A stretch of DNA of 61,408 nt, filler included, from Stramenopiles sp. TOSAG23-3 (lineage: Eukaryota), in assembly GCA_900128585.1 (NCBI GenBank). It is 20 parts of 20 records of this genome, joined end to end, with 100 filler letters (N's around TTAATTAATTAA, not from the genome) between each part and the next. Parts side by side here need not be neighbours in the genome. Positions count along the whole stretch, not along the records: positions 9,267 to 12,251 come from LT644483.1; positions 12,352 to 15,336 come from LT644484.1; positions 15,437 to 18,419 come from LT644485.1; positions 18,520 to 21,502 come from LT644486.1; positions 21,603 to 24,585 come from LT644487.1; 15 more parts are not named here. The stretch is one strand, 5' to 3'. Position numbers and translations under genes: made by a program. How positions within the stretch are numbered: position 1 is the stretch's first letter; every line of letters begins with the position of its first letter. Positions 10,642 through 21,603 of this stretch are shown piece after piece. The notes under the pieces are model-generated. The model was not told the origin of the DNA, searched no databases, and worked only from the letters and a program-made list of their open reading frames with translations.

Positions 10642-11007
10642 TTTTGTTGTAACTTTGTGTTGAAATACTTTTTATTCATATTTACAGCGAACAGAAATGT
10701 AAATATTTATAAAGATATCCTGTGTTCATATAAAATACTCATTGTAAAAACAACACAAAAAAACAAAAAATTTGCAAAAGAACAATTGTTGTTGGTACTT
10801 TTTTTTTACTGCTGTGTATATCTACTTTACATTTACCAAAATTTATATTTTGTTGTAACTTTTGTGTCAAAATATGTTTCCTTGATATTTAATTCAGAAG
10901 AGAAATGCTAATTTATTTTAATAGATGCTGTGTTAATACAAACGACCGATTGTAAACACAAAAACAAAAAAACAAACAAAATGCAAAGGAAGGATTGTTG
11001 TTGGAAC
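10642..11007. repeat. Diverged direct repeat, two ~160-bp copies
   Basis: Both ~10642-10798 and ~10847-11007 show TTTTGTTGTAACTTT...AGAAATG...CTGTGTT...ATTGTAAA...TGCAAA...ATTGTTGTTGG. Confidence 0.75.
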
Positions 11008-11077
11008 ACCTTCCCTCCTAATTTCCTTGATAGGAGTATTTTTAACTATCGTTATTTATATACTTGAAAATCTATAC

Positions 11078-12250
11078 CTATTCGATGATTAGTCTGCTCT
11101 TCTTAAAATAATCGTTCCAACGAACTTTCCATTCCCCACCAGGTGTTGGTTTCTCAAAGCTCGGCATATCTTGGTCGCTAAGAATCCCGAGGCCTTGCTG
11201 GATTACATCGGTGCAAAACCACTCGTTTAAATGTAAAAAACCCGGCAGCAACGGGACTTTATATTCGTCTTCTCCAGCCTCTCGGCCTTCCTTCGAGGCT
11301 TTCTTCGCGTCCGTACTGAAAGACTGTGCAATCTTGAACTTTCGCCCGTGGTATTTAAAAACGTCTATTCTTAGAGTGATTTGAAGCAATAGGCCATTCT
11401 CAATAGAAATATGCTCCGCTGCTTCCAGAGCTGCTTCGATTGGGTTCTGTAGAGCTTCGTCGTACTTTTTCGATCCTTCGCCGCTTAGAATGATGAAGTG
11501 AGCCAACATCTCAAGAACCATAAACGAAGGGGGTACACCCAGTGCTTGTTTAAGACGTTTGTGAAATTCGATCCCTTGCTCTCTCGTACAAGCATTGCAA
11601 TCCTCCTGAAAGTAAAGTTCGAGCCACGTGAGAACAAGCCGGTGGCTTAGCCGTCCTAGGATTAACTCCAGAACTCTGCATTCATAGGGAGTAAACTGAC
11701 TCTTTGTCTTTTCCGCGTAGTATACGAAAAAAGGAAAATCGCGAAAGTATTCACCCTGATCGCCTCCGCGTAATGCCGTCAACTGATGCAAGTCTTCCTG
11801 ATTCTTTGACAGTGCATTCCCAAGCGTGTCGCATATCCACTCACCCCAAAACGTTTTGTAAACGTCCTCTTCCGTCACGTTGATCCCACCGCAACGTTCC
11901 GGTGGGCTCCCATGCACAGCGGCCACATCGATGGAATTGCTGGCCGATGCCATGCTGTGAAGAGCAGGAATGGAGCGCTTCCAGGCCATGGTTGAGTCCG
12001 GGTGGAACAGCTCGGGAGGCGGCACCCAAAACGAATCGTTCAAAATATCGTCCAGCCTCGTCGCTTGCATGTGCTCCCCGACCCGTTTCCTTTCGTACCA
12101 TCTGGTGCACCCACTGGCCCACCATACTTTTAACGACACGGGGTGGTACACATACATGGACGCACGAACAGCGGTGGCGGCGGCGGAAGCGGCGGCGGAA
12201 GCGGCAGGTGGCGCCTCCGAGGACGGGGAGGGGAGCGAAGCCGACGGAGA
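11078..12250 (-). CDS. Hypothetical protein (5' truncated)
   Basis: 359-aa ORF preceded in frame by an Ala/Ser/Pro linker open to the contig end. Globular-looking composition; no family recognised. Confidence 0.7.
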   Translation of the reverse strand, partial: SPSASLPSPSSEAPPAASAAASAAATAVRASMYVYHPVSLKVWWASGCTRWYERKRVGEHMQATRLDDILNDSFWVPPPELFHPDSTMAWKRSIPALHSMASASNSIDVAAVHGSPPERCGGINVTEEDVYKTFWGEWICDTLGNALSKNQEDLHQLTALRGGDQGEYFRDFPFFVYYAEKTKSQFTPYECRVLELILGRLSHRLVLTWLELYFQEDCNACTREQGIEFHKRLKQALGVPPSFMVLEMLAHFIILSGEGSKKYDEALQNPIEAALEAAEHISIENGLLLQITLRIDVFKYHGRKFKIAQSFSTDAKKASKEGREAGEDEYKVPLLPGFLHLNEWFCTDVIQQGLGILSDQDMPSFEKPTPGGEWKVRWNDYFKKSRLIIE

Positions 12251-12351
12251 GNNNNNNNNNNNNNNNNNNNNNNNNNNNNNNNNNNNNNNNNNNNNTTAAT
12301 TAATTAANNNNNNNNNNNNNNNNNNNNNNNNNNNNNNNNNNNNNNNNNNNN

Positions 12352-12455
12352 TCTTCTTCTTCTTCTTCTTCTTCTTCTTCTTCTTCTTCTTCTTCTTCTT
12401 CTTCTTTCTTCTTCTTTTCTCTTCTTTCTTCTTCTTCTTTCTTCTTCTTCTTCTT
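12352..12455. repeat. (TTC)n microsatellite at contig start
   Basis: Directly visible. Similar TTC/GAA and TTTC/GAAA tracts at 6003-6079, 15437-15530, 36991-37066, 39783-39960, 44418-44475, 53957-53992 and 54472-54580. Confidence 0.95.
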
Positions 12456-12736
12456 CGCACAAAAAAAAAACAATATAATAAAAAAAAAAAACAACAACTT
12501 TTTTTTCTTTCTTCTTCTTCTTGGCGGTGTATTAAATTAATTTTACTTCCAATCCGATATAGCTATAATAGACTATATATTAAAAGTGTAAATTGATCAT
12601 ACGAGGATGTCTAACAAACTAGAAGAATTGTTTTTACCTCTTTTTACACCTAGAGTTTGTTTAATTGTGAGAAGCTTAAGAGGGCCAATTTTATTCAATT
12701 TTTTAGTTTCTGTGTTCTTTGTTTCTTGTTGTAGGA

Positions 12737-13633
12737 ATGTCGACTCGTAGACGAGACAAAAAGGTGGCGGACGAGGAGGACGACCCCGTTGTGGAGGAAT
12801 ACAACGTTCGGTTGGTGTTTCCAGAACAAGGTACTTTTGATTACGTCCAATACCCTGTGCCATCAAACGTGTACAAAAGCAAAAAGCCCTGTGCGGCAAA
12901 ATTTCGCCCAGAGAATGCAATGTTGGAGCTCAAGTACGATACCGAAGACTGGCGTAACTCCAGTTATTACGACCTGGGCTTCGCTACGAAGGCAGGACTG
13001 ACTGCAGACCACACTAGGAAGTTCACGTCCACAAAGGTCGATTTGAGAACGCAGTACGTGTTTGGACAACTGCACGGAGACACGATGATAGTTACGCCTA
13101 TATCAAACGTACTCTCAATGCGTCCAGATTTTTCCCATGTATCGGCGAACGACGACGAAGACGACAAAGCGTCGAGTGCGGTTCCGGACAGCAACCAAAA
13201 TAGTGCAGCAGGTGGCACGAAGCCAGAAATTTCAGACTCTGCGTCTCGGGACGGTGGCAGTAGCAACCCGTCCAATGGCTCCATCAGGGTAAATTTTCAG
13301 AAACTGCAGACAAGCCGCACGCTAGCAGCCAAAGAGCGCTCGTACAACACCTTACTAGAGAACAAAACTTCAGAACCTTGGATCAATTTAGAAGTTCAGA
13401 AAGACGACGGGACGGAGGGACTCGCTTCTTTTATGGAGCAATCAGAATGTTGGGGAAAGTTGAAATGGAACGTGAAGCCATCGGAGTATTTGAATTCGAT
13501 AGTCCCCAAGTCAACCGAGGTCCTAAATGACGATTCCGACATCAAGAATCTCGCCGCTGCGACTACGAATGCAAATAACAATTTTATGACCCAGTCTTCA
13601 GTCAAAAAAGAGGCTAAAAAAAAATCCGTCTAG
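12737..13633 (+). CDS. POLR3E: RNA polymerase III subunit RPC5/Rpc37 (Sin-like domain)
   Basis: EDDPVVEEYNV, YVQYPV, KFRPENAMLEL and QYVFG...VTPISNVLSMRPDFSH. First ATG at 12737. Confidence 0.85.
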   Translation: MSTRRRDKKVADEEDDPVVEEYNVRLVFPEQGTFDYVQYPVPSNVYKSKKPCAAKFRPENAMLELKYDTEDWRNSSYYDLGFATKAGLTADHTRKFTSTKVDLRTQYVFGQLHGDTMIVTPISNVLSMRPDFSHVSANDDEDDKASSAVPDSNQNSAAGGTKPEISDSASRDGGSSNPSNGSIRVNFQKLQTSRTLAAKERSYNTLLENKTSEPWINLEVQKDDGTEGLASFMEQSECWGKLKWNVKPSEYLNSIVPKSTEVLNDDSDIKNLAAATTNANNNFMTQSSVKKEAKKKSV

Positions 13634-13829
13634 AAATTAACGCGTGTGTTAAAAGGATAAAAAGTTTATATATATATAAGAGTAAAGATATTTTGGAACC
13701 CATTAAATCGGCTCAATACTCCTTGTGTATCAGTGCATTATTACTGTGTAGCTGTCACTTAGTGCGTAAGAATTTTTATTCTCTTGTCATAAACAAATTA
13801 AAATGTGCGTGCTGTGCGTGTTACAAAAT

Positions 13830-14918
13830 TTATCGTCTCTTCTTTTTCAAAGCATTCATTCTTTTCCTAGCCCTTGGATTTGGCCGTTTATTGCTCTTTA
13901 TGCGATCGAGCTCACCACGGACTTCGTGAGGCAAGTCGAATTTATTCTTGCAGAGCGCGACCTCTTGATCGAGCAGCTGCTGGCGGGATTGGTAACAGGG
14001 TTTTTTCTGCGATGGTAGCTTTAAACGAAACCAGGAACAAATTAAAAATTTGGTTTTCGTCACAGTCCCGCCGGAGCAATACCAAAACGTTGTGTAAGGG
14101 CTAGTCTCTGTTTTCAACTTCTTTAAGCTTGTAGACCCCGACTCAGCATCGACCCAAAGCGGTGGGGAATAGTAGTACCGTCTCCTCATCGGCACCAGAA
14201 AAAACGGCGAGTTCGTACCGCTATCTGGTTGTTCAGTGAAGACGTCACTGTAGTACTCTTTGGTATATACATAGTTGGGGAGCAAAAGAAAGAACGGCTT
14301 TTTCTTCTTGGCGCAGTATCCTGCGCAAAATTTCAAAAGCTTCTCCATGTGATCGCCAGAGTAAGGCGGATTTGTTATCATTACATCGAACGCCGGAACA
14401 GTGTCAGTTTCTATTTTGTTATAAAAATCTTCACACTCGTTGTAGACGTCTTGGTACCCTAAAAATCGGAGGTGCTTCTTGACTGCACCATTGCAGTAAT
14501 ACGGGTCGTAAATTTTCAATTCCTTTGCCATTTTCCCGATCGAACTGGCGTAGCTCCGCAGAAGCGGCTCGATTTGCTGGTACGCGACTCGAGGGGATTC
14601 ACAGTGGTCTCTTTCCACAGCATCATAAGGGAACAACGGTTTCGAGACTCCTTTGCCTTCAGCGGGTTTGTTCGAACGAGTGTGAGTTTTCCTCGGTTGG
14701 ATCGTATCCTTCTTTTTTGCTCTTTCCCCGACATGACTTTTCTGTTCCAGCTCACCCGTACCTACCATTTTCTTCCTTTTCTTCTTCCTCTTTGTAACAA
14801 CAGAACGCTTTTCCTTGGCCCCAAACGTTGTTTCGCCGTGACCAACAGAACGTACATTTTGCCGTTGACGCTTTTTTGTTTGCTGCTTCTTTTTTGATGA
14901 AGGGGTATACTCAAACAT
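13830..14918 (-). CDS. NPPY-type SAM-dependent amino-methyltransferase (putative N6-adenine MTase) with basic N-terminus
   Basis: DHCESP..AY, IYDPYYCNG (motif I-like), EDFY, DVMITNPPYS (motif IV) and KPFFLLLP, with K/R-rich NLS-like termini. Confidence 0.75.
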   Translation of the reverse strand: MFEYTPSSKKKQQTKKRQRQNVRSVGHGETTFGAKEKRSVVTKRKKKRKKMVGTGELEQKSHVGERAKKKDTIQPRKTHTRSNKPAEGKGVSKPLFPYDAVERDHCESPRVAYQQIEPLLRSYASSIGKMAKELKIYDPYYCNGAVKKHLRFLGYQDVYNECEDFYNKIETDTVPAFDVMITNPPYSGDHMEKLLKFCAGYCAKKKKPFFLLLPNYVYTKEYYSDVFTEQPDSGTNSPFFLVPMRRRYYYSPPLWVDAESGSTSLKKLKTETSPYTTFWYCSGGTVTKTKFLICSWFRLKLPSQKKPCYQSRQQLLDQEVALCKNKFDLPHEVRGELDRIKSNKRPNPRARKRMNALKKKRR

Positions 14919-15446
14919 TCTTTATACCTGATGCAACAAGAAAAACATCACACGTACTACATGCACGCACACACGGAAAAGATGAGAAAAGTTCTTCAAG
15001 CACTTCCATGTGTCGTACTACATTTACTACTTGAAGCAAGTTTCCCGCACCTTTTGTATCTCTCAAACATTCATCTCAATTGAACACAAATCGACACGGA
15101 ACGTGATGGATCTACTTTCGACGACTATTAAAAAAATAGTAGATGCACAGCATCGATTCATAAAGTAAGCAATAAATACAAAAGGATTTTATGGATAGAA
15201 AAACATGCAAACTCATATTATCCAGGATCCTTTCTTCAGTGCCATTCAGGCAGAAATTGTTGTATTTAACACATAGTGTTAAGGAATAATTGGGCATAAA
15301 GGTCCACCGAACGTACACCGACACATGAAAAAGGAANNNNNNNNNNNNNNNNNNNNNNNNNNNNNNNNNNNNNNNNNNNNTTAATTAATTAANNNNNNNN
15401 NNNNNNNNNNNNNNNNNNNNNNNNNNNNNNNNNNNNTTCTTTCGAC

Positions 15447-15490
<44 letters not shown>

Positions 15491-16090
15491 TCGACTCTTT
15501 CTTTCTTTCTTTCTTCTTCAATTTCTTCTTCTTCAATATAATAATAATATAATCTCTTCTTCTTCAATAATAATATAATCTCTTCTTCTATCTCTTCAAT
15601 AATAATAATTTCTTTATTATTCTCTTTTCTTTTACTTCCTAATACTAGATAGCATTGTTGTTATATAATTATTAATTCATTTTTTTTGGTTATTTTTTTT
15701 TTATTATTTATTATTCTATTTGTTGTTCTATTTTCTTTCTTCAAGTAGTATTTAATATAAAAATATATCACATTATTATAATAACATGTAAATAAGAGGA
15801 AGAACGAAATGAAAAAAGAGGAAGTGGTGGGCACGCTCCTCCTTTTTCTGCAACCTACTTTTTTCAAAGCACTGTACAAATGAAAAAACGAGACGATGCA
15901 CACTGTTGAGAGCGTAAAACAGGGTCCTATTTACTACATCTAGGTTATTGCCAGGACAGTGGTGTTTTGTTTACCTACCCTACCTTTCGAACATTTCCTC
16001 CGCCCCCCCCAACACTTTGCTGGTCGGTAGGGTGTCCCGTACCGTCCCCAAGCAGCACGCAAGGAAGTTGGCCACTAGTTTTTTTACACA

Positions 16091-16447
16091 ATGGCCTCAA
16101 GGGTTCTTGTACGGCAGCGGTGGTGGCAGCGGACGTACACGGGGAAGGCGTTTGAGCACAGAATGCAGGGTGCGTTTGGAATGTCGGCGTTTTTACTGTT
16201 TTGTGGACTGCCGTTGGGGTATCACCTCATATCGAGTGAGAAACGGAAGAACCAGAAGAAGGGAAAAAGCGACCGAAAGCAGGTCATTCAAGACGAAATC
16301 TTGAAGAAAATTAGACAGCAAAAGGAGGACCCTCTGCATGTACCAACGAACCTGGGGTCGCCGTTTCGCAAGCTTGTCCCGGTGAGCATGACAATGAAGT
16401 CGGAGAAGGAGAAGGCCGAGGAGGCGAAGTTGTTCGGCCGAAAGTAG
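16091..16447 (+). CDS. Small single-pass membrane protein, possibly mitochondrial
   Basis: ATG in ACAATGG context, Arg-rich leader, one hydrophobic segment and a charged tail. Confidence 0.6.
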   Translation: MASRVLVRQRWWQRTYTGKAFEHRMQGAFGMSAFLLFCGLPLGYHLISSEKRKNQKKGKSDRKQVIQDEILKKIRQQKEDPLHVPTNLGSPFRKLVPVSMTMKSEKEKAEEAKLFGRK

Positions 16448-16555
16448 CCAGTATCTTAAAATTCGTAAAATGTCCTGCTGAGAAATTTAAGATAAATTAA
16501 CAGAAAACGGATTGATTGACAAACATTAAACTAAATATTACCCCCCACACACTCC

Positions 16556-18412
16556 TCACCTTACGTAGACCCCCCGCTTGCTCGCGGCAAACAATATCTC
16601 TTCCAGAAGCTCCTTCGACAGCTCCGTGAACGACTTCGTCCCGATGACCTTGCCAAAGTGGCGCATGATGAAATCAAAACACTTCTTCCGGAGCTCATGG
16701 GCCTGCCGCGCGTCGGCCGTCGCGAGCATGTAGGCCACGTTGTCCACGTCGATGCTCTTGTGGATGGCCTTCTCGCACATGCGCTTCAAGGGGTCGAGAA
16801 GGTACTGGTCGGCAACGGCCAGCAAGTCCAGCGCAAACTCCAGCTGAACGCTCTTCGGGTCCAGACCCTCGACGCGGTCCGTGTACAGGTACTCGAGCAG
16901 CGCCAGGTACACGTCGTAGATCTGCTCGTGGAGGACGATCTCGTTCTGCTGGCTCTCGCGCATCGGCCCGTCCAGCATCCGCTCCAGCGGCTCGCAGCGC
17001 GACATGATGATGCAGCGGTGGGCGTAGATTGGCTGCCCATTCACGATGAAGGTGACGTCGCTGCGGGCCGGGTTGTTTAGGAGCTTCTTCAGGTCGAACG
17101 CCAGCGTCTTCTCCGACTTGGTGGCGCCGATCACGTTCGGGTTCGCCCCCGCCAAGAATATCGTGTGGTAGAACCCGGCCGCGACGTGGGCGATGAACTG
17201 GCCGCTCAGCCCCCCGACGATCTGCGGGACGTACGCGTCGGTGGTGTCGCCCAGCCCGAGCTGCCCGTGGTTGTTGCGGCCGAAGGAGTACACCACCCCT
17301 TTCCGGCTCAGCGCGATCGAGTGGTAGCAGCCGCACGTGATGTCGATCACGCTTGCGTTGTCCAGGACGGTCACGCGCGACGGCGTCCGGCTGTTGTTGT
17401 GGTGCCCGAGCCCGAGCTGCCCGTAGTCGTTCCGCCCAAACGTGTACACGACCTCGTCCGAGGTCACCGCGCAGGTGTGGTAGTACCCGCACGCGAGGTG
17501 GGTCACCACGGCGTCGGCCAAGGGCTCCGCGACGAGGTGGGGCACGTGCCTCGGCTCGTGTGACTCAATGCCTAGCTGCCCATAGTCGTTCTTTCCAAAC
17601 GCATACACCCCGCCCTGGGACGTCGACACCAGCGTGTGGTACTGCCCGCACGCCAAGCTCAGCACGGCCCCCTTCCCTTGAAAAAATGGCACGGGCTCTG
17701 GGCGGAGGGTCTCCTCCCTGGTCCCCACCCCGAGCTGGCCGAAATCGTTCCTCCCGCAGGCGAATATCTCGTCTGCGTCCGTCGCGAGGATGGTGTGATA
17801 GTAGCTGCACGCGACCTTCAGCACCCGCCGCTGGGCCAAACTCTCCACCAACCGCGGAACGGTCACCTGCTGCTTCGACCCGTGGCCCAGCTGCCCCCGG
17901 GCGTTGTACCCACACGAGTACACCTGCCCGTCTTCCGTGACGGCCACCAAGTGCTCGCACCCGTTGGAGGAAACCAAATTTACAACGCCCTTTCCCTCCA
18001 GGGCCTCGACGCGCCTTAGCATGTTCACCCTGCCCACGGTGCCGATGCCACACTGCCCGCTATCGTTGTACCCGCACGTGAAGACCTCCCCGGTGTCCGT
18101 CAGCACCGCAGTGTGCTCGTTCCCCGCCGCTACGCGAACGATGCTCCTGCCAACCATAAACTCTACCTTCTCCGGAAAAAACCGTTCCTCGGTGTGCTGA
18201 TGCCCCAGCTCCCCGTAACTGTTCTGCCCGCAAGTGTACATGAACGTTTCACTGTCCAGCTCCACCGCATCGTGTTTTAGATTCGTTTCCGGGGGGCTTG
18301 TTTCTCTATGGTTGCGCTGCGGGGGCGTGGACAGGCCCGCCGCACCCGGGGTGGACCTCGCTGGGGCCCCAGGCGCCGCCTGCGTGTCGTCGAACTCGTT
18401 GTTTCCTTGCAT
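16556..18412 (-). CDS. RCC1-repeat plus BTB/POZ protein (RCBTB-like)
   Basis: Seven GxNxxGQLG RCC1 repeats followed by SDVTFIVNGQPIYAHRCII...LLEYLYTD...ADQYLLDPLKRMC. May extend upstream into the gap. Confidence 0.95.
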   Translation of the reverse strand: MQGNNEFDDTQAAPGAPARSTPGAAGLSTPPQRNHRETSPPETNLKHDAVELDSETFMYTCGQNSYGELGHQHTEERFFPEKVEFMVGRSIVRVAAGNEHTAVLTDTGEVFTCGYNDSGQCGIGTVGRVNMLRRVEALEGKGVVNLVSSNGCEHLVAVTEDGQVYSCGYNARGQLGHGSKQQVTVPRLVESLAQRRVLKVACSYYHTILATDADEIFACGRNDFGQLGVGTREETLRPEPVPFFQGKGAVLSLACGQYHTLVSTSQGGVYAFGKNDYGQLGIESHEPRHVPHLVAEPLADAVVTHLACGYYHTCAVTSDEVVYTFGRNDYGQLGLGHHNNSRTPSRVTVLDNASVIDITCGCYHSIALSRKGVVYSFGRNNHGQLGLGDTTDAYVPQIVGGLSGQFIAHVAAGFYHTIFLAGANPNVIGATKSEKTLAFDLKKLLNNPARSDVTFIVNGQPIYAHRCIIMSRCEPLERMLDGPMRESQQNEIVLHEQIYDVYLALLEYLYTDRVEGLDPKSVQLEFALDLLAVADQYLLDPLKRMCEKAIHKSIDVDNVAYMLATADARQAHELRKKCFDFIMRHFGKVIGTKSFTELSKELLEEILFAASKRGVYVR

Positions 18413-19568
18413 GGTGATGNNNNNNNNNNNNNNNNNNNNNNNNNNNNNNNNNNNNNNNNNNNNTTAATTAATTAANNNNNNNNNNNNNNNNNNNNNNNNN
18501 NNNNNNNNNNNNNNNNNNNCTATTATTTCCACCCTACTACCATGTACTCTTTCTTCTTCGATTATTTGAATATGAGAAGAGAAGAGACGCGATTCGTTCG
18601 CTGTACAGTCACTGTACACTCACTCACTGACTGGAGCAAAGCACAGCATTCAATTGCACCTTTTTGAAAACATTCGTACTACATCATGATGATTTATTAA
18701 GACTACCTACTACTAATAAAACTTGCACCATTAATTTGATGAACACAATTTTCCCTATTATTTTTATCTCAGAGAGAGAGGACAGGACGACACAGGTAGG
18801 ACAGCACGGATAAAATCAACAATTATTCATACTTAGTGTTATATTGCGGGTTTAAATATCTAGGAGGTTATATAAAGTTTTATAGCTTTTATTGGTAAGA
18901 AATATATTATTATGCATATTTTTATCATTATTTATGCTAAAAATAATATAACAATGTAAAATAAGTTTTAGTAACTTAATTTATAAATACGTCATTAATA
19001 TGGTTAATGATTCATATTTATATCATATTAATACTATTTTAAGTCAAAAAATATATATTTGTTTTAATTAAAATATAATACATATAGCACTTTTTTGATG
19101 CATTATATGTACTAATAAATATTAATTGCTACTATTTATCGCGTTTAAAGTAATAAAACGTCTATTTATATAAACCCTTACATTAACTCTATATATACAG
19201 AACTCTCGAGGATAGAAGTTTTGCCATAAATTTCGCAATCACTCCGCCATCCATTTTGTGGAGAGGGAATAGCATTGCTAAATACCTTCCCACTAAACTA
19301 ATAATGGATTGTTGATAGCAGGAGAGCAGCAGGTAACATGATGAGTACCTCATTGTTGCCACAAATTCGTCGCAGTCGCAACTTACCAAGTGCATTTGTT
19401 GTTCCCTGATTCAGTCACTTATCTTAATCTAATTGCTTCTGTAGCCATTCCGTACAGAATGATTTGATTTAAATGAACAACAGAGAAGCATTCTGAATCT
19501 CTCTCTGCAATAATAAATAGTTCCTCTTCAGCAACGTAGATTATATATTTCGTTATTGTCGCAGCATA

Positions 19569-21502
19569 ATGTCGGCCTTTACAGAGAGTTCCAACAGTCC
19601 GGGTGCCCCCCAGGACGAAAGTGCAACGGCACCTACTCTTTCTACGCATAAACAGAAGCCGGCCGAAGTCTCCAACCTGTGGTTTGAGAATGTCCCGCCT
19701 TTTCGTATTGATACTGATGCTAAGAGTAGTAAAAATCGTTTGACGGGGAAGAGCCAAATGCTCGACTCGTCTTCGGAAGATGAAAATAGCAGTTCATCAG
19801 AAGACGACGACTCTTCGTCGTCCTCCGAGGAGGACGAGGAGGACAGCAAAGTCGCCACTGGAACAGGCTCTGCGCCATCCAACGACAGGGCGAAGAGCTC
19901 AGGGTTTAAAATCAAATTGTCTTTTCATGCAGCCCAAGCAGAAAAAACGAAGGCCAAGGAACTGTACCTCGGCCTTCTCTCAGGGAAAGCTGTTTCATCA
20001 ACCAAAAAATCGAGGAGCAACGTCAGTGCAGGTGACAAGAAGTGGCTACAAACGATGTTAAAAAATGGTACCCTGAGCGATCGTATTGCTGCGATGACGT
20101 TGATTGTGCAAGAATCCCCGTTGGAATCTATTGAAACATTCGACCAGTTAATGTCTATGACAAAGAAACAGCAATCTAGGGAAGCATTGTTAGGCATCGA
20201 GGCAGTAAAGGATCTGTTCCTTACAAATATTTTACCCGATCGAAAGCTCAGACGCTTTCATGAAAATGACCTTGGTAACTCGGGGGTTACAGATGAGCAT
20301 AGGATATATTGGTACTTTGAAGACTCTATAAAAGAAAAATACAGCAACTTCATCGATGTCCTAAACGACGGCCTCCAGGGAACCCTTTTGTATTTTAAAA
20401 GAACGTGCTTAAAGAGTGTATTCAACTTGCTAAATGGCAAACCAGAGAACGAAAGCCGACTCTTGCAAATTCTCGTGAATAAGCTCGGTGACCCTGACCA
20501 TCAAGTTGCCTCGAAAGTGGTCTACCTTTTGCAGCAGATTTTAGAAAACCATCCGATGATGAAGATGCCTGTCGTAAAAAGCGTGGAGGAGGTATTGTAC
20601 CGTCCAAATATTGCTACAAAATCGCAGTACTATGCTATAATATTTTTGAACCAGATCATTTTGGACCGCAGCACCGACGAAGTCTTGGCCATGCGGTTGA
20701 TCAAGATTTACTTTGCAATATTTGAAACCTGTGTATCAAATGCAGGCGGTGGTAGAGGTGCATTGAAGAACAAGAAAGGTTTAAAAAGTACCAAAAAAGA
20801 GCAATCGCAAGCAATGAAAACAAAGTTGCTCAGTGCGCTTTTAACTGGAGTCAACCGCGCCTTTCCTTATTCCCGCGCGACAGGGGAAACGTTCACAAAA
20901 CTGACTGACACACTGTTTCGAATTGTGCACACTTCCACATTCAATACCTCAGTGCAGGCTTTAATGCTCTTACTTCAGGTCATGACTGCTCAAGACGCGT
21001 TGTCTGATCGTTTTTACCGAGCTCTATACGCAAAAATTTTATCCGAGGATGTACAGACCACTTCAAAGCATAGCATGCTGCTAAATGTTGTTTATAAATC
21101 AATGAAACTCGATAATGACGACAGTCGGGTGCGAGCGATTGGTTTACGAATGCTGCAGCTGGCATTAAAAATGGATGCTCCATTCGCCGCAGGTGTTTTG
21201 TTTATGTTTTCTGAAGTTATGCGTGTCCAAGTATGCTTGCGAAAACTAATTGCTGAGCCGCCCTTGCAAATCCTTGCCGAGCCTCGTAAGTTGGAAACGG
21301 AAGCAAAGAAAGATGTCAGTAAAAAAGACACGAGCTCGGAAGATGGCGTTGTACCCAAAGCCAACGACGAATCCTCCTCCTCTAGCAGCAGCAGTGACAG
21401 TAGCAGCGATAGCGATAGCAGCAGCGACAGCGATGGGGATAGCAACGATCGTAAAGACAAGGACAAAACGAACGATAAAGCCAAGACTGTTACAAATAGT
21501 AA
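19569..21502 (+). CDS. CEBPZ: CEBPZ/Mak21/Noc1 ribosome biogenesis factor (3' truncated)
   Basis: GTLSDRIAA, LVNKLGDP, LLSALLTGVNRAFPY, FNTSVQALMLL and DRFYRALY motifs. Confidence 0.93.
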
Positions 21503-21603
21503 NNNNNNNNNNNNNNNNNNNNNNNNNNNNNNNNNNNNNNNNNNNNTTAATTAATTAANNNNNNNNNNNNNNNNNNNNNNNNNNNNNNNNNNNNNNNNNN
21601 NNT

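Noticed and set aside
16658..18200. Many long overlapping and antisense ORFs
   Set aside because: They are shadows of a GC3-rich real gene. The same applies to shadow ORFs over the other genes.
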